Of a stretch of 64,000 bases of DNA, positions 1-12,588 are shown piece by piece. The notes beneath the pieces are model-generated. The model worked only from the letters and a program-made list of their open reading frames with translations. It was not told the origin of the DNA and ran no database searches. Each line of letters starts with the position of its first letter. The stretch's first letter is position 1. This DNA is from Schizochytrium sp. TIO01 (Eukaryota; Protista; Bigyra: Labyrinthulomycetes), in contig SMSO01000009.1 in the NCBI GenBank assembly GCA_004764695.1, positions 174,451-238,450 of the forward strand, in the 5' to 3' direction. Made by a program: the position numbers and the translations under genes.

Positions 1-1780
1 TCTACCAACAACATTGGCGATGAGGGCGCAAAGGCCGTCGCAAAGGCACTCGAGGGATGCAAGAACCTTCAAACTTTAGAGTACGTTTGTGGAATCATCC
101 ACGAGGGAAAGCTATCGTAATAGTCAGGACCAAGCTTTTTCTTTCTTTCTTTTTAGTGCTTGGTGTTTGTAGTACTGCTGGTACACTACCTAAGTAGTTT
201 ACGTAGTTGGGTACGCAAAGAAAGGCAAAGAAGTCTTTTCTTTTTTACAAAGAGAAGAAGGAAATCTATATAATTTGATAGGCAGCAGCAGCAGCAGAAG
301 AAGAAGAGGTGATTGCTTTTTATTGTGCGGAAAAACAAAACAAAACAGGATCAACTGACTGGACCTGTCTTTCCTGACAACGAATGAACAAAACAAACTT
401 ATTCATTTATACTCACAGTCTTCAGTACAACAACATTGGCTCGGAGGGCGCAAAGGCCGTCGCAAAGGCACTCGAGGGATGCAAGAACCTGACTTATCTG
501 AAGTACGTTTGTGGAATCATCCACGAGGGAAAGCTATCGTAATAGTCAGGACCAAGCTTTTTCTTTCTTTCTTTTAGTGCTTGGTGTTTGTAGTACTGCT
601 GGTACACTACCTAAGTAGTTTACGTAGTTGGGTACGCAAAGAAAGGCAAAGAAGTCTTTTCTTTTTTACAAAGAGAAGAAGGAAATCTATATAATTTGAT
701 ACGCAGCAGCAGCAGCAGCAGCAGAAGAAGAGGTGATTGCTTTTTATTGTGAGGAAAAACAAAACAAAACAGGATCAACTGACTGGACCTGTCTTTCCTG
801 ACAACGAATGAACAAAACAAACTTATTCATTTATACTCACAGTCTTAGGGAGAACAACATTGGCTCGGAGGGCGCAAAGGCCGTCGCAAAGGCACTCGAG
901 GGATGCAAGAACCTGACTTATCTGAAGTACGTTTGTGGAATCATCCACGAGGGAAAGCTATCGTAATAGTCAGGACCAAGCTTTTTCTTTCTTTCTTTTT
1001 AGTGGTTGGTGTTTGTAGTACTGCTGGTACACTACCTAAGTAGTTTACGTAGTTGGGTACGCAAAGAAAGGCAAAGAAGACTTTTTTTTTTACAAAGAGA
1101 AGAAGGAAATCTATATAATTTGATACGCAGCAGCAGCAGCAGCAGAAGAAGAAGAGCTGATTGCTTTTTATTGTGAGGAAAAACAAAACAAAACAGGATC
1201 AACTGACTGGACCTGTCTTTCCTGACAACGAATGAACAAAACAAACTTATTCATGTATACTCACAGTCTTGGTAGCAACAACATTGGCGATGAGGGCGCA
1301 AAGGCCGTCGCAAAGGCACTCGAGGGATGCAAGAACCTTCAAGAATTGTAGTACGTTTGTGGAATCATCCACGAGGGAAAGCTATCGTAATAGTCAGGAC
1401 CAAGCTTTTTCTTTCTTTCTTTTTAGTGGTTGGTGTTTGTAGTACTGCTGGTACACTACCTAAGTAGTTTACGTAGTTGGGTACGCAAAGAAAGGCAAAG
1501 AAGTCTTTTTTTTTTACAAAGAGAAGAAGGAGATCTATATAATTTGATAGGCAGCAGCAGCAGCAGCAGAAGAAGAAGAAGAGGTGATTGCTTTTTATTG
1601 TGAGGAAGAACAAAACAAAACAGGATCAACTGACTGGACCTGTCTTTCCTGACAACAACGAATGAACAAAACAAACTTATTCATTTATACTCACAGTCTT
1701 TACAACAACAACATTGGCGATGAGGGCGCAAAGGCCGTCGCAAAGTCTCTGCACAAAGCATGTCCTTCTGTTCAAATCTA
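1..1780 (+). repeat. Tandem array of ~424-bp exon+intron units (LRR array 1; at least 5 exons, truncated by the window start)
   Basis: Exon starts at 419, 843, 1267 and 1697 (spacing 424, 424, 430). Introns GTACGT...ACTCACAG are nearly identical and differ mainly in (CAG)n(AAG)n and T-run lengths. Confidence 0.97.
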
Positions 1781-4700
1781 GTAAGTTCCGTTCCCTCTGC
1801 TGCTATTCCCAGCTTGCGCAGAGCCTTGCCTTCGCTGGTTCTCTCCATCTCTCCATATGGACTTCCGAGGCCGTCTTTAGATGCGCTCATCGTTTTTCTA
1901 ACAAGCGCTTTTACTGTCTTTCTTTCGTTCATTCGTTTACAAAACGCCGCAGTTTCTATGGTTGGAGTTCTTTGACCCCTAAAGAATTGTTCGAAAGGGT
2001 GTGTTCTCCTGGAGAAGATATCGCCGATTCCTCGTCAGAGACCGACTCCATAGAGTCAGCAGAAAACGAGCCTTCTGCAGAGCCCAAGAACGAGCAAGAC
2101 GGCATTGATGGCGCCGGGCTTGCTACTTTGGATGGATCTGGGTAAGTTCATTCGGTTAATCTTTGTTTGGGATCGTGTAATCAGTCATTCCACGAATTGA
2201 GTTATTGAGATAGAGGGTATCCTAACTTTTACTTTTGCTTCTGCTTTTGTTGCTGCTTCAACATCATTTTGCTCGTTTGCTTACGTCTTCTTGTTCGTCT
2301 CAGAGAACGGGCGGATGGAGCGAGCGTGAGTTTCGCTGATGTGGTGCAGCTTGCCAAGAAAGTCTCGGACTTGCGCGCGGACCGAGGTGGGGTCAGAGGA
2401 AACTCCCTGCAAACTGGGATTGCCTTGCTTGAGGAGTTCGTAGGATCGGCGATCCAGGGCTACTTTGGCCAAGTGAAGTTGCGACAGGTTTTCGCTGACA
2501 TCAAGAACTCCAAAGAGAGTCTTGACGTGCTACAAGGCCAGATTCGTGCAAGCTCTGCTGATGGCTTGCCCAGCCTCATCGAAAAGCGGAACACCGAACG
2601 GAGGCACCTGCATTCACTTTTGCAGGTTGTGTACCCATGGGTTCGCGCCAACCTTTGTGAAAGTGGCGAGAGTGCAGTGCGAGAATTCAAAGTGAGAGTT
2701 GAAAGATTGGTAAGCGATCTAAAGATCAACCTTGCTCCAGTCGATGAAGAGACCATCACAGATGACTTCAAACACTGTCAAGAACTCGTTATTCAGGCTG
2801 TCCAATGCGTGGAAGGGTACAAGAGGAGTGGAGAAGGCCAACACAACAACATTGGTGAACGAAGCCAACAAGCTGTAAAGCGCGTCATCTCTCGATTGTC
2901 TGAGCTAGAACTTGGTGATGGATTATGGGTTGCTCTGAGAACACCTGAGCAGGCCATGAAGCTAGAACCGGAGTTGTCTGAACTTGAGAGTGCTCTCAAG
3001 CAAGAGATCGAAGTTCTACAAGGAGATACACTTCGTACCCAATTGTGGGAGATACTTTGCGCGATAAGTTCAACATTCGCTCGATTTGAAGGATACACTG
3101 AATGTGCTGCATTGAATGACACGAGCAAGTGCACACCAGAAAAGCTCTCTGAGCTGTATGACTATGCAGCACTGGGTTTGAAAGAACCTTCTGTCTCAGA
3201 TGTTGAAGAATTATACCAGAAACTTGACAAGTCGAGGATAGCCACAGAAATTTTGAAGAGAGCCAAAGAAGAACTCGAAATACAGGACATGGATGAGGAA
3301 GATCAAGCATATTTTAGAAATCGGATCAAGAAACAAGAGCTCATTCTCTCTCAAGGCAACCCTATCGACCTTAGCAAAGCTTTTCGTCATAAGCTTGCTG
3401 AGACTCTGCAATACGCGCAGGAACATTATCCAGAGTTGCTGCAAGATAGAGCCTGGCTGGAAAGGCTTCACGTAAGTGCAGAGGGTGTTTTTGAAGTAGC
3501 ATGTTCTGACCTTTGGTTAACGAATGTCACAGTTACGGACTTCAAACCTGTCGGCGAGCCCCTTGCTTCCAGAGGTGGCAAGAGAGTACAAAAGGTTCTT
3601 GACAACTTTGGTAAAACTATGGTTCTCAAAGAGTTTCAGCTTGGGCATCCAAGTCAATCCAAAACCTTCTACAGACAAGTTGCCAATCTGGGCAAAGTGG
3701 TGTCTCAGCACGTGATACGTATCACTGGTGCTTTTGTGGTCATGACGCATGGAGTACCGCGCGGCTGTATCGTCATGCCTTTCTACAAGCAAGGTGACCT
3801 TGCCAAGTGGATTGAGAGTCATCCTAACGAAGGCAAAGCAGCACGTGACCGACTTGCTGTTGGCCTGCTTATCGGCGTGGCGGATTTACATACCCACGGC
3901 ATTGTGCATTGTGACATCAAACCAGAAAACATTTTCCTCACAAGCAACGGGACACCATTGATCGGCGACTTTGACGGCATCAAGAATGCAGACTACACTG
4001 CAACTTACACATCACTTCAGGCAACGCCACGGTACGTTGCCCCCGAGTTGCAGAATGGGCCTGTAGATAGGTTTGAAACAGCGATGGACATGTACTCTGT
4101 GGGCATCAGCTTAAAGGAGCTGTATCCTACTGAGCGAACCGCTGCCATGCAGACACTTATCGATGCTCTTACAGCAACAGACCCTGGCCAGCGTCCAACC
4201 GCTCGCCAAGCACTCCAACATGAAGCTTTTGGAGCTCCTAAGATCCCTGTCAAGATGTGCCTAGTATGCATGGAGGAGCATCTGCTCTCCGAGGGCACGA
4301 GCTGCGAGGAGGGAGACTTCCTTTGCAGAGACTGTATCGAATCTTCTGTAGAAGCGGCGGCACGGCCACTTGCTAACGTAAGAGTGGATGCTGATGGAAC
4401 AATGGCATGCATGAAACCTGAATGTAGTGGAAGGATATCAGGTCAAGAAATCACCCGTCTTGCACCAACTGCTTTGAATCACCTATTGTTGATTGCGAAG
4501 ATGAAGGCAGAAAATGAAGCAGCAGTTTGGGCGGAGAAGGAGATCCAAAGGCGCATAGCACCAGTTTTACGTGCTGATGAACAGAATCGCGACGCACGGC
4601 TTCATTTACTTCATATTCAAGAGAAGATCTTGAGCACATGTTGTCCGAACTGTAAGGCATATGTACACGATTTTGACGGTTGCTGTGCTGTAGAGTGTGG

Positions 4701-4992
4701 TAATGAGACTTGTGGTCATCACTTCTGCGCTTGGTGTCTTGGCTATAGTTCTCAGGATGCAGATGCTTGTCATGCTCATGTGAGAACCTGTTCAAGAAGA
4801 CTTGGGCAAGATCCATTTTTTGCTGATTCTTTTGAGCAGGTTCGTGAGGCGTGGCAGTTGCTCCGCGCAGAACGTCTGCGTGAGTACTGGAATGCAAAAA
4901 TTCAGGATGGAAATCTTCGACTCGTTCTAAAAGAGTTATTGTCGCCTTTGCTAACACCAGATATTGTTGGCGCAAACTTCAGATTGGAATAA
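1..4992 (+). CDS. Multi-exon LRR-array / protein kinase / RING-Rcat (RBR-like E3 ligase) fusion protein; 5' end lies outside the window
   Basis: Hand-spliced GT-AG model, all introns phase 2: exons <1-80, 419-502, 843-926, 1267-1350, 1697-1780 (84 bp each, LxxNNIG[D/S]EGAKAVAKALEGCKNLxxLx), 1953-2141 (acidic linker) and 2304-4992. The total of 3294 nt is in frame with no internal stop. The last exon has kinase motifs (VLKEF, HCDIKPEN, DFD, YVAPE; ~3540-4230), a RING1-like CLVC..C..CRDC..CMKPEC (~4258-4425) and an Rcat-like CPNC..DGCCAVEC..CGHHFCAWC..HAHVRTC (~4640-4790). Confidence 0.88.
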
Positions 4993-6763
4993 ACTAATCG
5001 AATTTTTAATGATTATCTTTTTCGTAAGCGCTGTTGACTAAAAGGCAAGAAAGTAACTGCTCTCCTCCAGACAGCACCGACGTCTGCCAACAGGATCAAC
5101 ATTTATAATGTGTATTCATGCAAGGTTCTTCGTGGGGGAAAATACTAAAACTTAACATAAATTAAACATAAATCAGAACAAAGTAATAACTCGTTAACAT
5201 TTGACTGATGATATATATGCTTTCTTAACTTTATTTTTCCAGTTTGAGGAGCATATTTACTTTATTATTAGATACTAATTCTTACTTTGTTTTACTCTCT
5301 CCGTTCCTTCGATAATTCATTCAGCAACACCGCAAGGTATCAGAAGCTCTAGGTTTAAGCCAAATCGTCGCAAAACAAACTCAAAAATACTTTTTTGATT
5401 CATCTCTCCTTTGGCAGTTCTCAATAGTTCTCATTTCGCAAAGCAACTTTTTATTTATTTGTTCATCAAAGCCAAAATGCAGTTCTTCTAACGGCACTGA
5501 AACCCTTAATGTGACGATTTCCTCTCGGTTGCGAGGTGCTGGGCTTTTCCAATTTGAATAAGAACGCCATCAAAGGCAGGAGCAAAAGTAGTATTACAGA
5601 CGCAACCCTTTCTCCGAACCTATGACGACCTGAGTAATAGGGAGATTGATTCTTTCTTGGTAACTATTTACTATTTCACAATAAGTCAATCGTAAAGATC
5701 AGACTCTGAACACAAGCCTTTGCACTCCAGACAACTTTTGAAAGCTAGAAGGAAACCAACAGTTATTTAATCCTCGAAACTCTTTGATCTTGTTATGCCA
5801 TGTATCCAGATTTACTATTCGAAGCATGGACTCTTCTCAAGAAAACCATTTAAATTCCATATCTTAAACTCTCAGAACAAAGTTGACTCAACGAACCTCC
5901 AAAGGCAAAACATTGCCTTCCTGATTACATCTTTAAGTTGTTCTTCAAATTTTTATTGAAGAGAGAATTGCAATGACGCACAGAGTGATAGATGAATCAG
6001 TTTACTCCACCAATCTGAGATTGCGAGAGAATGACAGAATTGTGGATACCAGAGAAGCTACAAAGTAAATGCACAATCGCTATTAAAAGATGTGCTCTAA
6101 GCAGCCAGAGGTTACATAGGAAGATGGCGGCATCTTTTTATGCTTCGGCGTACACAGTTCGCGATTGAAAACCTTGGAGATGAACATTCAGCACCAAAAC
6201 TTCAAGAGTTTTGTGCATTCAAGGATTTACTGTCCTAGTAAATGATCCGCTGCTGCTGCGTAAAAATCTTTAACAGGTGGAACAGTTCATACCCTGAGTA
6301 GGAGACTAAGGCTGTTAAAACTCAGAGCTAAAGGGGTGAGGCTAGCTCGTTTGTTCAACATAATTCTTTGGTTGTATATTTCATATTCACTTATGACTTT
6401 CCTTGGTCTCACTCCTTCGTATTTGGTAGTCATATTCTTATAAGTCCTAGACTACGAGGACTTTTAATAGTGTGACAATGACTCTTCTCCACAAAACTCT
6501 TTGCTTGGTAATCTCAGCACAGAGCTTTTAAATTTTGCTGCGCCCCACGAACTTCATATTTTAATCTGGCTACTTGACTTAATAGAATCCCACATGATAA
6601 GCTTTATCAGTGTTCCAAGACATATTCTACAATGATGAATTTGAACATTACTACATTATGATTCATCCGTTGAAAGAAACTATTGGCTTTACATACTAAT
6701 GCCTTATCGAAGTTTTACAGCTATGTGTCGGACGGATCATCTCAAGGTGCCGAACACAAGTCC

Positions 6764-7179
6764 TGCTGAGATCTCCAATCGAAGGAACTAGTGGACAAGA
6801 CATTGCTAGAGTTCTTGGTGTCCCTTTGTAAAATCCAATAGTAATAAGGTTTACATTAGAACAAGAATAGGCAGCCAGACTCATGTGGCTGCTGAAGCCA
6901 AGAACTAGAAGTGTGAATACACATTACCGACACCCAAGCTTGGTTTAGCTTGGATCGATGGTTGGCGAAAGTTGGATAACCTAACCCCATCGATTATCTC
7001 TAACCACATTCAAGAATGTCTTAGTCTCCCTAATTACTACATGAATCTATCTGTCCTGGAACTCATTCCTCAGGACAGCAGTTCGCTAACTCTTAAATCA
7101 ACCTTCTTATAGCCTTCATCAAGCTTCCTACCTTCATCTTTACAATCAACCTCACGCTAATCAGCATCAGCTTTCAGCA
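6764..7179. mobile_element. Solo LTR of an LTR retrotransposon (copy 1)
   Basis: 416 bp, starts TGCTGA and ends TCAGCA (TG..CA with a 6-bp terminal inverted repeat). Flanks AGTCC/AATCC form a 5-bp TSD with one mismatch. A homologous copy lies at 34214-34628. Confidence 0.85.
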
Positions 7180-8567
7180 AATCCAAAGCCCATAGACTTT
7201 GACAATGGGCCTTGTCAGCAGTTCCTGAATATTAATTCTAACTTTTCTTTTCCTACGCTATCTCTTGGTGATCGCCTCATGCTAACTTGCAATACACCTC
7301 TAAGAGGAGAACACATGTACTGAAGCTACATTTGCTGATAGTGTTAATGAAAGTGTTAAGCGGTTTGCATCTCCCATGAGATCTCTGTGATGGTGTGGTG
7401 TTGTGCGCCCACTGAGATTGTGTTGTTCTTCATACATATATTAAGGTTGTTGTTCGAGTGAGTTTTAAAGCAGCTGAGACACATGTGAGTACACAGCCAA
7501 ACAGAATGCGCGCAACCGTGCTTGGGTAGTCCCTTCATAAGTTTTTATACGCACTTCTCATCATATTCAACTTTGCAACACTAGATATGATAACTAGGTG
7601 GTTAACCATTAGGAATAGTAGCACCCAGTAACTTTCTTTCTTGTATCCAGCATGGGAAATTAGCTTGTTGTGGTTTTCCAGGAGATACACAGCTGCTTGA
7701 TTGAATCATGAACGTAGAGTGTTTCTTGCATCTGTGAAAGAAAGAATGATTAGTAGGAGAGAGTCGAACTATATCGGCGAGATTCGGACACGCAAAGGAA
7801 ACCATTTAAGTGAACAAGTGTCACCTTTCCTTCTAGCACAGAACTGAAACACCACAACAAAAAACAGTGTAAAAATTTTTCTTTTTTTCTAAATGTATTT
7901 ATTTGAAACTATGCAAACTAGACTAAAGCAACTACTTATAACCATTAACCTATACAAGACAGCTTTGGAAATTTTCAATCATGTCAGATAATTTCGTGCT
8001 TGGGAAAGAAACATGCGGCATTTCTTAAGCATGCACTCAAGATTTGTAATATTCACAGAATAAATAATCGATTGCTCGAAAGGTCAACCAAGAGAGTAGA
8101 GGACCTACAGGTTTTTGCTAATCTTGTCGGATTGCCTTGCAAACTCATTTTCAGGCTTGCTTCGTCCCCTTCGTTCCCTGACATAGACGCATCACTATGT
8201 TGACTGACGCTTCACCATGGTCTGGTCAAGAAGGTCTTCCTTTGAGCCTTACGAAGTCATGACGTAGTAATGTGTCAGTTTCTCCTTCTCAATAGTGTCA
8301 ATCAAAAGCAGAACTTCATCACTTGTTGATAAAGTTAGCCTGTGGCACATGTTTCTGTTTTGTCGAAAAAAGAGCAGACTTGCTGTTTACTTACTTTACT
8401 GTTGCTCAGCATCAGCTTGTATTTCAACAAAGACAGATAAAACACTTCGTAGCAGAAAGCCTGCAAGGAAGCTTTTGTCTTCATGGCAGAGGCCAGAGAC
8501 ACTCGAAGGAAAGCTACTTGCTGCGTTGTTACTTTTTATATAAAAAGAATGAAATAGAGCTCTGGAG

Positions 8568-8574
8568 TATAAAT
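8568..8574 (+). promoter_or_regulatory. TATA-like element 30 bp upstream of the 5S rRNA gene
   Basis: TATAAAT at -30. The second 5S copy has TTTAAAT at the same offset (30852) although its flanks are otherwise unrelated. Confidence 0.5.
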
Positions 8575-8597
8575 GCCAGAGTTCGACTAACTTAGTC

Positions 8598-8716
8598 ACA
8601 TTCGATCATACCACGCGGGTAACACCTCATCTCATTCGCACTGAGAAGTAAAGTCGCGTAGGGCCGGGTCAGTAGTATGATAGGGGACTGCATGCGAAGC
8701 CCCGGTGTTGAATGTT
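8598..8716 (+). rRNA. 5S: 5S rRNA gene (copy 1)
   Basis: 119 nt, ACATTCGATCATACCACG...GGTGTTGAATGTT. The termini are complementary (ACATTCG/TGAATGT), typical 5S motifs are present, and T-runs follow (Pol III terminator). Confidence 0.93.
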
Positions 8717-11700
8717 ATTTTTGCATTTTTTTTTTCCGAGCCAATCATTTTTGGTACTTTGATATGAATTACTAATATTTGAGCAATGACGTTAGTTTAC
8801 CACATAAAGTGGGGTTAATATGTTCATTTTTGACATACTTACTGGTATCGTCGGCTTACTATCAACATTCCTGCATTTAGAAAATGATAGGGGATCACAA
8901 AATTGATGTATCCTATTTTTTGCAATGCATTAAAAGTTAGGCACCAAAGAGATAAATAAACAAAATTACTTTGCATTAATGGATGATCTACTAGGGAAAG
9001 TCAGGGGCAGTAGTTACACTCTCTGTAAAGCACATTTGCAGAAACAAATGAAAACTACGCATTAAAATCTTTTTGAATAGAAGATTCACAGAAAAAGGTC
9101 GCACTAAGGGGCCATGCTTATCACAACTCTAAATCGCGAGATATATATTGTTCATTTCAAACGCCATTCGCTGGCCCGAGAATTCATTTTTCATCTTCTT
9201 CGTTTGCCCTGGTGGCGGACTCTCAAGGTAACAGCGCAGTAGTTGTAAGTTGAAGATACCCTTCAGCAAATTTAAGGAAATTTAATCTTCAGAAGCTTCC
9301 CTGAAGACATCCATCAATTACTACATTTCGAAACAAAGCCAGGTACCAGGGGCCCTGGCTTCAATCTACAGCCCCCTTGATTGATCTGGGAGTCTGGAGG
9401 AGCAACTCTAGCCACAACGTGATTTACTATATTTTGCTTTTTATTTTCCTAAACTAAGTAATTATTGGTACTTCAGCAGATACCTGCTATGAGGAACACA
9501 TTCATTTTACGAAACCCGAGGTCATAACTTAACAATGTAATACAACGTTGTAATTCTCACAACACTACAACGCCAAAATACACTAGAGCTGATTGCTTTT
9601 CGTGCAAAGCGCAAAAGACAATGAGATTACGACACTATCACTATATGATGCACTAGCACTCGCATATGGTCTGACAAAATGCACTACGAAATTCATGCCT
9701 GCGTTAAGCATTTGCAATGGTGACTGCGGTGATTGCTTGTGTAGTGAAAGGTATTACACCGTGAAGGAACCAAAGTCATAAACCTTATTTTCAAAAGTCT
9801 CTCATTGCTATTTTCCAGGCCAAAACATGCAAAGCATAAGAACAAAATTTTCACAGCCCCAAGGTCTGAGACCACTCGATATGGTGATTATTTGATTTTT
9901 TGCCACCGATGAAGTCGCCCGTGTTTGCGAAGAATTGTTTATTACTTTAGTCAGCAGCAAATTTCACAAACCCATAACCAAGAGCAATACTGGGGTTGAC
10001 CAAGCTTGTGAATCGGCATCGATTACTTTCTCCAGAGAACATGCATTTGCCTTGATGGCAGACCAGAGGCCTTGCTTGCCAAAGGGACGATGGACACGAG
10101 CTCGAGCCTCGTCGAAGTCTCACAGAGCCAAAGTTGCTGCGATCTGATGTCACAGCATCGTTCGTTTGGCGGCCAAGCAGAGGGAACCAGACGCTACGTA
10201 GCCTTCAAGCGCAGGTAGTGAGCCCAGCAACTTTGCTAAGGCCAAGGGAACCACCCAGTATGCTCCACCTGCGCACGGCCAGAGCGTCTGAAGCAGATCT
10301 CTATGATTTGATTCAAGTTCTAATGCTTCTCCTTTTAATTCTTCCCACACTTTGTTATAGAAATGAAAGACTAGAGTTTAATCTATCTAGAACAATAGTT
10401 GAAGAATTGTCTAACTAGGAGTAGCGTGCTTACAATTCTACGGTTAGGAACTATGATCGCAAGCAACTACTTTACCTACACTAACGTCAGAGCAAGATCT
10501 TGTACGTTTCGATCGCCCAGCACCTTTTACTACTCTTCTCTAAGCTAGAGAGGGGCTCTCTTCTTTTCTTTCGAAGCTGTACGATTACTGCAGACTTTGA
10601 AGTATTTAAGCTATGCATATTAAATGCAGTGAATAATAAGTGCCTTCTCCCGAGCACATCACTGTCAAAGATTAAGTTGCAAATCATTCGATAGCTGCTT
10701 CTTTATTTATTTTATGGTCTGATCTCACAAAATGCGTTTTTTTTTTTTCCTTTGTGAGCTCCTCTTTGTGGCATCTCCAGATTGACCTTTCTTAGCCATG
10801 GAAAAGGCTAGATACAAAATAAGCACATTCGTAATTCTTTGTACAATTCCTTATTGAACTGTTTTCCCCTTCAAATCAGGTTTTCTATTTCAATTTTATC
10901 TAAAAGCAAAAGGTAATTTGATGTGCAGGCACGGAGCGTACTTACCGCACATTTGACTAGTATTTCCGGTTGCCAGAAGACTTGCTTCGATAGCTGCAAC
11001 ATATTGTATTTCGAACATTCTGGGATCTGTTATAAATATTTTGAACCTGCGTCGGAGGAGGGGTGGGGGATAGCTGGAAAGTAGGTACAGTGTCTAAGAT
11101 GAAAATCAACTCTAGCGTCATCGATATTCACTCCATTTGAAACACCTATTCTCTGTTATAGTTAGCTTCTCACACTGAGATAGAAGAAAAAAGAGGTATT
11201 TTTACCCTGCCTCAGGGTAGAACGGGAATAGAACCCGTTTTATATACATGAACCAAAGCTATTCACATAAAAACGGGAAGGAGACCAAGATCCAAAAATC
11301 CTCCTTCTATATGGGTTGTGTCGCTTGCAGCAAGCTCCATGATATCGTTTTTAATAAATATTCTAATGCATACAAGGCATGCTGTTGAATTCTGCTATTA
11401 CACTGGAAAACCTTTGTATAAAGTACTTAATTGTTGCTTCAGAGTCTTGTGAAAATTTGTATTACTTGCCTTCATCGGACGTACATCACTTGAGACAAAT
11501 ATAAATTGAGCTTGCCTCCAGCAAAAGCAACCCTATTTTATTTATTTTTTAGCAAGTCTCAGCAAAACGAAAGCTGGACTTTGTTGTGGTTGCCCAAAAC
11601 ATTCGCAAAATGGCCCCGATGATGTTTTTGATAGATGAGGTCATACAAAAAGTCTACACTCTAAGAAAGCACAATTTTGATTGTACAACAGAGCCCACCC

Positions 11701-12549
11701 GTCGAACAAATCTACATCATCACCCGAGTGTTCTGCGCATGGATCTTTGAAAGACAAATGTTATTCCTAGAAAGACATGCTGCAGCAAACAACGTTGAAC
11801 AGCTTTATGACCAATTTGAAATGCTTAACGAGCTAAAAAATATTGGTTTCGGAAAGTTTACACATCAATGATTCATTTGGATTGAGCTTCTAAACAGCAA
11901 GTCAGCTTGTCACATGTCTAAGCAGCTGCGCCTGTACTATTGTGCAACCCTTGATCTGAAGATGCTCTATTTTGTGAAACCGGAAAATTGTTAAGACTCT
12001 TTAAATATGGAAGATCTCATTCAGGCTACATCAATAATTTCTGTCAATATAAAAATTTGCCATTGCAAATACTTTCACACCTTTTAACTTTTTTTTTCTC
12101 TTTTTTCTTTTTTATAAATTAAATAAAAACAGGAATGTTTTAAAATTGAAAATAAAAATAAAATTGTTTTGTTTTGTTTTAGTTAAACTTTTATTTTAGG
12201 TTTAAAAGATTTGATTTTCAAAACAAAACGTTTAATCTAAAAGTAAAATTTAAAAATGAGTTCTTTGTGTTTTGGTTGTTTTGACAAGAACGTACCTTGT
12301 ACTACTTTTAAGCCGCATCCACTCCATAATTGTCAGAACTGCTACTGATAGAGAAAAGTAAAACATCTCTTGTAGATAAGTTTGGCTGTAAAGAAATGTT
12401 AAGTTTTTTTATTACTTTCATTTTCTAAAATTCAGTTTATTCCCTTTTATTTTAATAAATATATTTTAATTAAAAATTATAATTTTAACATTTCTTTGTT
12501 TTCATTTACAGGAAAGGGTGTATTAAAACTTTAAATAAACCTTTAAATG

Positions 12550-12556
<7 letters not shown>

Positions 12557-12587
<31 letters not shown>
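12557..12587 (+). repeat. Poly(A) tract (31 nt) ending an extremely AT-rich island
   Basis: Read directly from the sequence. Confidence 0.95.

Positions 12588-12588
<1 letters not shown>

Noticed and set aside
199-1674. Repeated minus-strand ORFs (MFCSFVVRK..., poly-Leu/poly-Cys)
   Set aside because: They are antisense readings of the repeated introns and their CAG/AAG microsatellites.
1-1780. CRISPR-like reading of the tandem arrays (constant repeats with variable inserts; also 25167-29872)
   Set aside because: The units are ~400 bp, the variable parts are a few in-frame codons at GT-AG exon edges, there are no cas genes, and the context is eukaryotic.
5300-11900. Coding-like but stop-riddled stretches (about 5400-6760, 8050-8520 minus, 9850-10400 minus)
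   Set aside because: Probably decayed genes, but I could not recognise any family motif. Frameshift-aware BLASTX is needed.
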